Shown in pieces: positions 10,302-18,818 of a stretch of DNA of 64,000 nucleotides; within the stretch, counting starts at the first letter, position 1; each line of letters opens with the position of its first letter. The notes beneath the pieces were generated by a model that was given only the letters and a program-made list of their open reading frames with translations, was not told the DNA's origin and ran no database searches. The stretch comes from Planctomycetota bacterium (GTDB lineage: Bacteria; Planctomycetota; GCA-002687715). Made by a program: the position numbers and the translations under genes. Location: the NCBI GenBank assembly GCA_009691765.1, contig SIAO01000008.1, positions 16,535 to 80,534 on the forward strand, in the 5' to 3' direction.

Positions 10302-10419
10302 ACGGCACTGCACCACGCGCTGATAATGACCGCAAATACAGCGTGCCTTGGTGCCATGCGCTCGTGTATATTGGCAGTGGCCACCGCGAATCCAACCGCG
10401 AACGCCTCGGAGCTGGTCC

Positions 10420-12183
10420 ATGAAACACGTCACATCTGTTTGCATTGCATGCGCGATGATCCTGGGTGCATCGAATGTGCTGCGCGCGCAAACGGTCCTC
10501 GGCACCAACACGGGCAGCGCAGCGAACCAGCTGCTTGGCCGTCAGATGCAAGCAGTGGGTGACTGCGACGGCGATGGCCGCACGGACTTCGTCGTCGGCA
10601 CATCCTTCGCAGCGGCATCAACGGGCGTCAGCGGTGGTGGTTTGGTGCGGCTCGTTTCTGGCGCAACCGGTGTCACCATCTTCAGCACGCCGGGCACAGC
10701 GAACCTCCAACAACTCGGAATGGCCGTTGCGCGCGCGGGCGATGCAAACATTGACGGTGTCCCTGACTACGCAGCGGGGCAAACTTGGTTTGGCCCGGCG
10801 CTTCCTTTGCCCACCACGGCGCCACAGCCAGCTGTGGTCATCTATAGCGGGCTCACCGGCGGTGTCATCCGCACGCTGCTCGCGCCCGCGGGGACTTCAG
10901 AGTTTGGTGCAGCCATCGCCAATGCGGGTGACCGCACGGGCGACGGTATCGACGATTTCATCGTTGGCAGCCGCTCCAGCAGCTCAGCGCACTTGATGAA
11001 CGGATTCAATGGAGCCGTGCTACTGCCCTTCAGCGGGCCAGCCGGATCGCGCTTCGGCAACAGTGTTGCAGCACTCGGAGACATCACGGGCGACGGCATC
11101 GGTGAGTTTCTGATCGGGGCGAGCAGTGCAACTCTTGGCACCGTGACGAGCATTGGCGTTGCATACATCTTCGATGGCGCGAATGGTGCGCAGCTACGCA
11201 CTCACAACGGCACTTTTGCAGGCGACTTGTTTGGATCGACGCTCGCCGCCGTGCCCGATGTGAATGCTGACGGCGTTAGCGATTACTGCATCGGTGCGCC
11301 ATCCGGCGATTGGAATGGCTTGGTTAATGTCGGTGTGGTTCGCATGTTCAGCGGCGTGAGCGGCGCGTTGCTGTGGAGTCTGCAAGGCACGCAGGCCTAT
11401 CTCAGTACCAGCACCAGCAACCTTGGCGAAACGCTCGGATCGTCCCTAGCGCACGCAGGTGACATCAATATCGATGGCTGGCCAGATGTAATCGTCGGCG
11501 CTTCTGGTCACAACGGCATTGCAGAAGACTGCGGGCGCGCAGACCTTGTCTCTGGCTTCGACGGCTCGCTCCTCGGACGCTTCGAAGGCAGCGCCCTAGA
11601 TGATGGGACCGGCAGCGGTGTTGCCTCCCTCGGCGACAGTGATTCGGATGGCTGGGGCGAGGTGCTGGTCGGCACTTCACGCCACGACTTGCCCGCAATG
11701 CCAGATGCTGGCCGTGTGGACATTCTCTCGTATGGCCCATTTCTCGGAGGTTGCGCTGCCGGGGCGAACACCATCGTGTATTTGCGTGTGAACGGTTCGC
11801 TGGGTGGCGCGGCACACCGCGTCGACATCGCACTCAACGCGGCGATCAATATCGAGATGGTGAATTTGTCCATGTCTCCATTGCCAGCGAACTTTTTGCT
11901 CTTCGCCAAAGTCGGTGTGCCGGGCGCTCCCGATATCACCTATATTCCTGGCGTCGGCACGATGTGTTTCGCTCCCTCACTCTTGGCGCCGTGGGACCCG
12001 AGCCTATTCCTGCTTGCATCATCGTTTCCGACATTGCCGGGACTCATCCCCGCGACGAGCGCAAGCTGGAACAGCACCATTCCGGGCCTAGCCTTCCCTG
12101 TGCGCGTGACGCTGCAACCTGTGATCTCGTTTCCGCCGGGAAGCTACTGGGTAGGTAACGCCATCCTCGCCAACATTCGTTGA
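10420..12183 (+). CDS. Secreted FG-GAP/integrin-alpha repeat protein
   Basis: Seven GD.DGDG..D-type repeats with FG..V/IA and VGA flanks; signal peptide; GGAG upstream. Confidence 0.9.
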   Translation: MKHVTSVCIACAMILGASNVLRAQTVLGTNTGSAANQLLGRQMQAVGDCDGDGRTDFVVGTSFAAASTGVSGGGLVRLVSGATGVTIFSTPGTANLQQLGMAVARAGDANIDGVPDYAAGQTWFGPALPLPTTAPQPAVVIYSGLTGGVIRTLLAPAGTSEFGAAIANAGDRTGDGIDDFIVGSRSSSSAHLMNGFNGAVLLPFSGPAGSRFGNSVAALGDITGDGIGEFLIGASSATLGTVTSIGVAYIFDGANGAQLRTHNGTFAGDLFGSTLAAVPDVNADGVSDYCIGAPSGDWNGLVNVGVVRMFSGVSGALLWSLQGTQAYLSTSTSNLGETLGSSLAHAGDINIDGWPDVIVGASGHNGIAEDCGRADLVSGFDGSLLGRFEGSALDDGTGSGVASLGDSDSDGWGEVLVGTSRHDLPAMPDAGRVDILSYGPFLGGCAAGANTIVYLRVNGSLGGAAHRVDIALNAAINIEMVNLSMSPLPANFLLFAKVGVPGAPDITYIPGVGTMCFAPSLLAPWDPSLFLLASSFPTLPGLIPATSASWNSTIPGLAFPVRVTLQPVISFPPGSYWVGNAILANIR

Positions 12184-12252
12184 GGCGGGCGGCGAGAACC
12201 ACGCCGTGCGCCGCACTCGGGCGCGCGCGTGTGAAGCTGCTTCAGTGAGCGC

Positions 12253-12990
12253 TCAAGCCTCGTCGTCGCTACCGTCGCCGTAGCTGAGCGTGACGCGGCG
12301 CATTCCGGGAAGTGCTTGCAAAGCACTCACGAGACCGGCCGCACTGCTGCGCTCGATGTCAAGTGCCCACACTTGGCGCAAGCCACTGTCGCCATCGCTG
12401 CGCGTCATGAGCATCTGCCATTGTTTCGCGTGGGCCTTGAGACAAGCCTCCACCACATTCGGCGCCAACCCCGGGGCGGCGCAACGCAATTGCAAACGCC
12501 ATGCAGATTGCATTGCAAGTGTGTCGCTGTCGCCACTGCGCTGTCCAGCAAACCAACCGAGCGCGCACACCACGAAGGCCACGAATGCTGTCCCTGCCGC
12601 GGCCAGTTCCGGCGCAACCGTGCTCGCGGCAATGCCAACACCCACAGCGAAAATCACAAATGCAGTATCGCGAATGTCACGCACTGCTGTTCTGAAACGC
12701 ACGATGGCAAGTGTGCCCACGAGAGTGAAAGCCACCGCCGTGTTGCTGCCGACCGCCATGGTGACGAAACTGATGAGCAAGGCGAGCAACACCAGCGTGC
12801 CAGCAAACCCGGGAGTGCGTTGACGGCGGCGTGTGTCCCACCACCACGCACCGGCGACAATGGCTCCGAGCCCTGTGGCTACGAGCAGCTTCAGTAGCGA
12901 AGGCATCAACTCTTGCATACTTGCGCCATTGGAGGATGTGGAAAACAAGCTGTCCATGAGCGTTAGAATGTACCCGCTGTCATGGCTCAC
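12253..12990 (-). CDS. DUF4956 family membrane protein
   Basis: AFTLVGTLAIVRFRTAVRD motif, several TM helices, small soluble C-terminal domain; overlaps VTC gene stop; start may be ATG 12957. Confidence 0.88.
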   Translation of the reverse strand: MSHDSGYILTLMDSLFSTSSNGASMQELMPSLLKLLVATGLGAIVAGAWWWDTRRRQRTPGFAGTLVLLALLISFVTMAVGSNTAVAFTLVGTLAIVRFRTAVRDIRDTAFVIFAVGVGIAASTVAPELAAAGTAFVAFVVCALGWFAGQRSGDSDTLAMQSAWRLQLRCAAPGLAPNVVEACLKAHAKQWQMLMTRSDGDSGLRQVWALDIERSSAAGLVSALQALPGMRRVTLSYGDGSDDEA

Positions 12991-13744
12991 TGCGACCGGG
13001 TGCAGCGCTCACATCCGAGCCGGCATCTAGGCCCAAACCTGTTGCTACGACGCTGTGCGCGTACTTCGAAAAACTCTCGCCGCTCTTGCCGAGTCGATGC
13101 AACAAATCCGAGAACAGTGGCGGTTGCTCTGCGTTGTATTTCAATTCGAGAATGATCGCGGCGCTGACGCTGGCGCTGCGCTTTGGCGCATCAAAGTAGT
13201 TGGCGCCGTTTGTCGTTAGTGCTGCCGTTGCAATTGGGGTCTGGGCCTGTGCTGAAGCCCGTACCGGAATGCCCGCGCTCAGGGCTCCGTCCATCGTCAG
13301 GCGTATGCCACCCTCGCCCACCCAAGCTGCGCGCGCATACGACACAAGCAAGCGCGGGCTGTAACCACCTTGTTGCAAGGCCTCTTGGAATTGGCCCACG
13401 AAACCCGTGGAGCTCGGCTGCAAGAGCAGATCCGGAAGTCTCGCGAGCGGCACAGGCGCGCGCCTCTTCGAAACCAAGGTGCCCTTGCGGCGCTTGCGTT
13501 CCAGCCACACCACGTCTTCATTGCCGTAGCGGCGTACGCGGTACTTCGTGCCGCCGTCTTCAGCCATGCGATGGTACACATCGAGCGCTGCGTTGTCGCA
13601 ATAGAGCGAATGCACCATGTAGGTGTCATCGCTGCCTGCGAAAGGGTCTGGCGTCATGTAATCCGCAGCCCAGAGCCGCACGCGCTGCGCCGCATCGGGC
13701 GTCAGCACGATTTTCAATTCATGGCGTTGGAATGTGTCGTTCAT
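12980..13744 (-). CDS. VTC-domain (polyphosphate polymerase/CYTH-like) protein
   Basis: RHELK, YMVHSLYCD, KYRVRRYG, WLERKRR, YARAAW, IRLTMD, ILELKY, FSKY. Confidence 0.88.
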   Translation of the reverse strand: MNDTFQRHELKIVLTPDAAQRVRLWAADYMTPDPFAGSDDTYMVHSLYCDNAALDVYHRMAEDGGTKYRVRRYGNEDVVWLERKRRKGTLVSKRRAPVPLARLPDLLLQPSSTGFVGQFQEALQQGGYSPRLLVSYARAAWVGEGGIRLTMDGALSAGIPVRASAQAQTPIATAALTTNGANYFDAPKRSASVSAAIILELKYNAEQPPLFSDLLHRLGKSGESFSKYAHSVVATGLGLDAGSDVSAAPGRSEP

Positions 13745-13750
13745 GCGACT

Positions 13751-15499
13751 TTAGCGGCCGCGATTAGGAACCGGAGTGAGCGGATCCGCACCTGCGTCTT
13801 TGTAGGCCATGAGATACTCGCGACGCTGCGTAGCGAACGCATTCAAACTTGGGCGTTGACGGCCTCCGAGAGGAGCGCTATTGGGTGGCTCATTGGCTGA
13901 AGGCGTCGGAGTAGTGGGTGCAACCTGCGCTGCTGATGCAGGCGCTGTCATATCGAGAAAAGACTCGTAGCTGGTTTCCGTGCGTGTGTCGGCTGCGATG
14001 CGTTTTTCCAAGAGTGCGCGATAGCGAGCCACACTCGCGCCAAACTTCTCGGCCCCGAGCGCATCGCTGGCGAGCGTCTGCACATTCCTCAGATACTGCG
14101 CGCGGAGTTTCGGAACGCGCAGCAAGCGCGAACGCAACGGCTTTTTCACATCGTCCATGCCAGTGAACGGATCCAGAGTCATGCCGCGGCCGCCAGCAGC
14201 GGCGCCACGTGCGGTACCACCTTGTGGGTCTGTTGGCGGCTGGCCTTGCGGGTCATTGGGCCGTTGACCACGCTGCCCTCGCGGGCCCATGCCACCACTA
14301 GGGCTGAAAGATTCATTCATGTCGTGCGGGACCAAATGAAACACACCTTTGGGATCGCGGTAGAGATTGTAGTCGCTCGCTCGAATCCAATAGCCATCGC
14401 TGTTGATGAGAACCACATCCAGCGCGAGAAACCATAGCGCCGCATCCACATCAAACATGGGGCGCAATTCCGCTTCGAGCTTGTCCAGCGGGATTTCGCT
14501 CAACGTGCGGCAGAGTTTCTTCAGCGCCTCCCAATCTTCCTTCTTGTCTTCAGAGCGAATCTGATAGCGCTGTTTGTAAACCGCGAGGTCCTCGCCCGCG
14601 TAGTCCAACCCGCTCTGGCCGCCGGGACTGCCTTTCACTTTCCAGCGCGCCCCTTCGGTCGTGCCGTAATTCTCTTGCAAAAACTCGCGATTGAATTGTT
14701 GCGCACTCACAAACACGCCCCAGCTTTCGCCGTTGATGACCACTTCGACCATGTTGGCTTTCGGTGCGGACAAGTGTTCGCGCGCAATCTCACTGTAGAG
14801 CGCTGTGGAGAGGTACGACGGATCGCCGTGAGCATTGAGCAGATTCAGAGTCTTGCTGCCAGCAAGGCGCTGTTCCTTATTCACGTGATCGACACTGACA
14901 TTCAGCGACTTCTTTAGTCCCTCGCCAACCGTGAAATAAGACGATGCGCCGCGGAAGGACACACCGACTCCGGGATACTCCTTGCCATCCACTGTCAACT
15001 TCGCTGGCACTTCGACATCCGTGCCATAGAAAGCCGCAAGTTCTTTCTCCCAATCGGCGGCTTCAAACTCAAAGAAGAACGTGCGCAGCACTGTGGGGTC
15101 GTACAGAGTCTGACTGGGAAAGTGCGTCACCTTCAAAGGATCGAGTTTTTCACCCGGCCGACCCACAACCGGAGTGCCGCCGGGGCCTCGGCCGCCCGGA
15201 CCACCGGGCCCACGCCCACCGGGGCCACGTTGGCCACGGCCACCGGTCGCGCCGTCCTTCTCCATGAGTTCACGTGCGGCTTTGCGCTCAGCGGTTTCCA
15301 GACGGCCGCTTTTGTCTTTGTCGAACTGCTTCACGAGCTTGCGTTCGACTGCAGAGGGGCCCATGCCTGGACCTCCTCGCCCGGGCCCAGCACCGGCGCC
15401 GCGCGACTCACCGCCAGGCGGGGCCTGCGCCACGACTACCGTCAACAGCAGTCCCAAGGCCATCAATGTCGTTGCTGCTTGCAAGAAGGTGCTCCCCAA
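13751..15499 (-). CDS. cotH: Secreted CotH kinase family protein with EF-hand-like loop and Gly/Pro/Arg linker
   Basis: Signal peptide; DKDKSGRLETAE; VGVSFRGASSY, KKSLNV, LNLLN, NSDGY...DYNLY, PHDMNESF. Confidence 0.88.
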   Translation of the reverse strand: MGSTFLQAATTLMALGLLLTVVVAQAPPGGESRGAGAGPGRGGPGMGPSAVERKLVKQFDKDKSGRLETAERKAARELMEKDGATGGRGQRGPGGRGPGGPGGRGPGGTPVVGRPGEKLDPLKVTHFPSQTLYDPTVLRTFFFEFEAADWEKELAAFYGTDVEVPAKLTVDGKEYPGVGVSFRGASSYFTVGEGLKKSLNVSVDHVNKEQRLAGSKTLNLLNAHGDPSYLSTALYSEIAREHLSAPKANMVEVVINGESWGVFVSAQQFNREFLQENYGTTEGARWKVKGSPGGQSGLDYAGEDLAVYKQRYQIRSEDKKEDWEALKKLCRTLSEIPLDKLEAELRPMFDVDAALWFLALDVVLINSDGYWIRASDYNLYRDPKGVFHLVPHDMNESFSPSGGMGPRGQRGQRPNDPQGQPPTDPQGGTARGAAAGGRGMTLDPFTGMDDVKKPLRSRLLRVPKLRAQYLRNVQTLASDALGAEKFGASVARYRALLEKRIAADTRTETSYESFLDMTAPASAAQVAPTTPTPSANEPPNSAPLGGRQRPSLNAFATQRREYLMAYKDAGADPLTPVPNRGR

Positions 15500-15593
15500 T
15501 ATGCCCCGCTAAGTCAAAGCGGGGTCTATGAATCTAAACTCTCCGGCAGAGCCAATGTTGCGCCATAAACGGAGCCAAACTGAATTCCCAACG

Positions 15594-16529
15594 CTATGCG
15601 GAGACGGAACGCTTCGAGAGGTAGGCAGAACGCAGCATTGCGACAGAGGTGCAGGCCGCGATGCCCACGACCAGCCATTTCACGCTGTTTAGATCCATGT
15701 CTTTGAAAAGTTTGGCCGCAAACCAGACTGCTGGGACGCCGCCAATGGCGAGGCCTAGCGCGGCACGCGGCGAATAGCTGTTCGCACTGATGAAGCGCGC
15801 TCCGGCCACCGGCATCAGGAAGGCGCATGAACCCATCATGATGGGAAATGCGGTATCGGTGTTCATGCCGAGGAAGCTCACCAGAATCATGCACGGCGCG
15901 TAGAGCCCAACGCCAATGGTCATGAAGGCTCCAAGCACGAAATTGCAACCGACGGCGATGGCGAGCGTAGTGCCTGTCAAACCGACAGTGCCGGTTTGGG
16001 AACTGACATCCGCGAATTGGCGAATGCACAGAATGGTCGCAGCCACGAACAGTGCAACGCCCATGCCGACTTGAATTGCGCGACGCGGAAACCCAGCGAC
16101 ATAGCGAGCACCGAGATATGCGCCGCCGACGGCACCAAGGATCATCAAGATGAGCGTCGTGGGATCGACTTTGACGGCCTGCGTGAAGATGTACGCCTGC
16201 AAGACCGTGGGCAAGAAATGCCCCACAGTGAGCGTGCCAGGAATGAGTCGGTCGGGCACCTGACGCAACAGTTTGAACAACGCTGTGGTGGTCGCGTAAC
16301 TGCCAATGCCGAGAGTGTCGAAGAAATCCGTCACCACGCCAATGACCATTTGAATTGGATTGCAGTATCCCGTTTCAGAGCCTTGTTCTACCGCCCCTGT
16401 GCGCTTCGCTGCGCGACGCAGCCCGATCACCCAGATGACCACAAACCACAATGCGAGCAGCGCCAAGGCTGAAAGCAAAACCTTCACACCCATCTCGATA
16501 GGTGGTCCTGCTGCGTCCTGTGCGCTCAC
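15594..16529 (-). CDS. TauE/SafE family membrane protein
   Basis: FFDTLGIGSYA, IPGTL, GVGLYAP, FPIMMGSCAFL; multi-TM; GTGA overlap with permease. Confidence 0.85.
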   Translation of the reverse strand: MSAQDAAGPPIEMGVKVLLSALALLALWFVVIWVIGLRRAAKRTGAVEQGSETGYCNPIQMVIGVVTDFFDTLGIGSYATTTALFKLLRQVPDRLIPGTLTVGHFLPTVLQAYIFTQAVKVDPTTLILMILGAVGGAYLGARYVAGFPRRAIQVGMGVALFVAATILCIRQFADVSSQTGTVGLTGTTLAIAVGCNFVLGAFMTIGVGLYAPCMILVSFLGMNTDTAFPIMMGSCAFLMPVAGARFISANSYSPRAALGLAIGGVPAVWFAAKLFKDMDLNSVKWLVVGIAACTSVAMLRSAYLSKRSVSA

Positions 16530-18097
16530 GAACGGTCTTCCTGCGCGGCCTTACGCATCACGGAGTGCTTCATGCTGTACGTGAAGTAGATAACGAAACC
16601 GATGGCCAGCCAGCCAATGAGGCGGTACCAGTTGGCGACAGGCAGCGAGCACATGAGCCCGACGCACATGATGATTCCGAGGATAGGCACGATGGGCACC
16701 AGCGGGCAACGGAACGGACGCTCGGCTTCCGGGTGCTTCTTGCGCATGATCAGCACAGCAGCGCACACGATGACAAAAGCGAACAGCGTGCCGATATTGG
16801 CCATTTCAAGCAATGCGTCGATGGGCAAGAGCCCCGCCAACACTGCCACAAACGCGCCAATGAGAAGTGTGCTCTTCCAAGGTGTGCGGTATTTCGGATG
16901 CACCGCGGAGAAAAACTTCGCTGGCACCATGCCGTCACGAGCCATGGCGAGGAAGACGCGAGGCGCACTCAGCATCATGACCAGCAACACCGAAGTGATG
17001 CCCGCAACGCCAGCGCAAGCAATGATGGTCTCGGCCCAACCCAGCCCAACGGAACTAAACGCACTGGACACTCCAGCACCGACATCGATTTGGTTATAGG
17101 GGACCATGCCCGTCAGAACAGCGACAACGCCTATGTAGAGCACTGTGCAAATGAGCAGCGATGCAATGATGGCGATGGGCACATCCTTTTGGGGGTTCTT
17201 CGCTTCCTCCGCGTGGGTGCTCACCGAGTCGAATCCAATGTAGGCGAAGAAGATGATCGCGGCGCCGGCAACCATACCCACGGGTGGGCCGCTGCTGGAT
17301 TCCCCGAAGACGTTGTGTCCAAAGAACGAGATTCCGCCCCAACCCATCGGCGCCATGGGCTGCCAGTTTTCAGGGTTGATATAGAACGCTCCCACCAAGA
17401 TCACGAACAACACTGCAAAGACCTTGACGGCCACCATCGTGGCATTGAAGCGCGCGCTTTCTTGAATGCCCTTCACCAAGACCAACGTGACCGCCACCAC
17501 GACCAGCACTGCTGGCAAGTTGACGATCCCATTTGTCATCGCGAACTCGTGATCGGTGCCTGGCCCAGCGCCATCCTTGTCAACATACATGAACAACGGT
17601 TTGCTCAACGCAGCGGGCAAGTCGATACCCAACTTCGGTAGCAACTTCTGCAGGTAGCTGGACCAACCATTAGCCACCGTTGCAGAGCCCACGGCGTACT
17701 CGAGCACCAGATCCCAGCCGATGATCCACGCGAACATCTCGCCGAGCGTGGCGTAGGCATAGGTGTAGGCCGAGCCCGCAACAGGCACCATGGACGCGAA
17801 CTCCGCATAGCAGAGCGCCGCGAAGATGCAGGCCACTCCGGCCAGCATGTAGCTAAACATCAAAGCTGGGCCCGCGATGTCGTGCGCAGCCTTGCCGGTG
17901 CTCACGAAAATGCCGGCGCCAATGACTGCGCCCACACCCAAGGCCGTGAGTTGCACCGGCCCGAGCACGCGGCGTAGGCGGTTCTCGCCCTTCGCTTCGT
18001 CGAGCAGCATCTTCAGCGGTTTGCGCGTGAAAAGCTGGCCCTGCTTCTTACTGGGCCCCGACACAGAATTCTTACCAACAGGGCTGTTCGTCTGCAT
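16526..18097 (-). CDS. APC family amino acid permease (cationic amino acid transporter type)
   Basis: GVGAVIGAGIF, CYAEFASMVPVAGSAYTY, FFAYIGFDSV, RVFLAMARDG, GTLFAF. Confidence 0.95.
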   Translation of the reverse strand: MQTNSPVGKNSVSGPSKKQGQLFTRKPLKMLLDEAKGENRLRRVLGPVQLTALGVGAVIGAGIFVSTGKAAHDIAGPALMFSYMLAGVACIFAALCYAEFASMVPVAGSAYTYAYATLGEMFAWIIGWDLVLEYAVGSATVANGWSSYLQKLLPKLGIDLPAALSKPLFMYVDKDGAGPGTDHEFAMTNGIVNLPAVLVVVAVTLVLVKGIQESARFNATMVAVKVFAVLFVILVGAFYINPENWQPMAPMGWGGISFFGHNVFGESSSGPPVGMVAGAAIIFFAYIGFDSVSTHAEEAKNPQKDVPIAIIASLLICTVLYIGVVAVLTGMVPYNQIDVGAGVSSAFSSVGLGWAETIIACAGVAGITSVLLVMMLSAPRVFLAMARDGMVPAKFFSAVHPKYRTPWKSTLLIGAFVAVLAGLLPIDALLEMANIGTLFAFVIVCAAVLIMRKKHPEAERPFRCPLVPIVPILGIIMCVGLMCSLPVANWYRLIGWLAIGFVIYFTYSMKHSVMRKAAQEDRS

Positions 18098-18215
18098 TCA
18101 CGTGATCTCCAGTGCGGGCCCAATCCCGCGCGGGGCGGAGCCTACCACGAGCGCCAAGACAACCTTCATGAGCCTGCTAGCAGCTGCCATGTCTCTGTGA
18201 TAGGCTGCGCCCCGA

Positions 18216-18719
18216 ATGAACGGTCAGCGCGTCTTGATTCACAGAACATCGCCGCAACTGCGCACTCAATTACTGTGGCTATTGGTCCCTGTGCTGCTCC
18301 TCGCCCAGGTGTTCGGAGTACGCGCGACGCTGTTCCATGCGCACGGCGAAATCGGCGAACACGTTCATATGCTTGCTGCTTCGCATGACGAAGCCACGCT
18401 GCATGACGCTGCCGCTTGGCATCACTCACAGCACGAGAGCGACGAGCATCAACAGCTCACATCGAACGAGCCCGTAGACGACCACGAGGGCGTTCTTCTC
18501 GCGCTGCCTCCCGTGCTCGTCGCGACAGCCTGCGCGAAGATTGCAAGTGCGGCTATCACTGCGCACCTGCAGGCGATTCATGCCACGCTGCTGTGCAGTG
18601 CCAACTGGCTCCATCCGCAGCCAGTGCCGCTTGTTATTCGTGCTGAGATTCCTCAAGCACGACGACCAGACTCGGCGGCCGCGATGCTTCTTGGCTCCAG
18701 TCAAGCGCTTCTGATATAG
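18216..18719 (+). CDS. His-rich hypothetical protein upstream of the metal efflux operon (CzcI-like position)
   Basis: N-terminal hydrophobic helix then HAHGEIGEHVH...WHHSQHESDEH. Confidence 0.65.
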   Translation: MNGQRVLIHRTSPQLRTQLLWLLVPVLLLAQVFGVRATLFHAHGEIGEHVHMLAASHDEATLHDAAAWHHSQHESDEHQQLTSNEPVDDHEGVLLALPPVLVATACAKIASAAITAHLQAIHATLLCSANWLHPQPVPLVIRAEIPQARRPDSAAAMLLGSSQALLI

Positions 18720-18761
18720 CGCACCTCGCCCCGCGTCGAAGCGGGGCGAGCGGAGGTGCGC
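18719..18761 (+). promoter_or_regulatory. Compound hairpin starting at the leader ORF stop codon
   Basis: GCGCACCTC/GAGGTGCGC outer stem and CTCGCCCCGC/GCGGGGCGAG inner stem; covers GGAGG and the in-frame GTG at 18756. Confidence 0.55.
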
Positions 18762-18818
18762 GATCGTCGTCTGCGATCGTGCTTGTGCATCGATTCCAGC
18801 GTCCAAGGAGCCCTCGTG

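Noticed and set aside
15170-15245. GC-rich short repeats in cotH
   Set aside because: They encode a GPGGR low-complexity linker, not a DNA repeat element.
18100-18215. att-like copy of the tRNA-Arg 3' end
   Set aside because: No convincing direct repeat found by eye.
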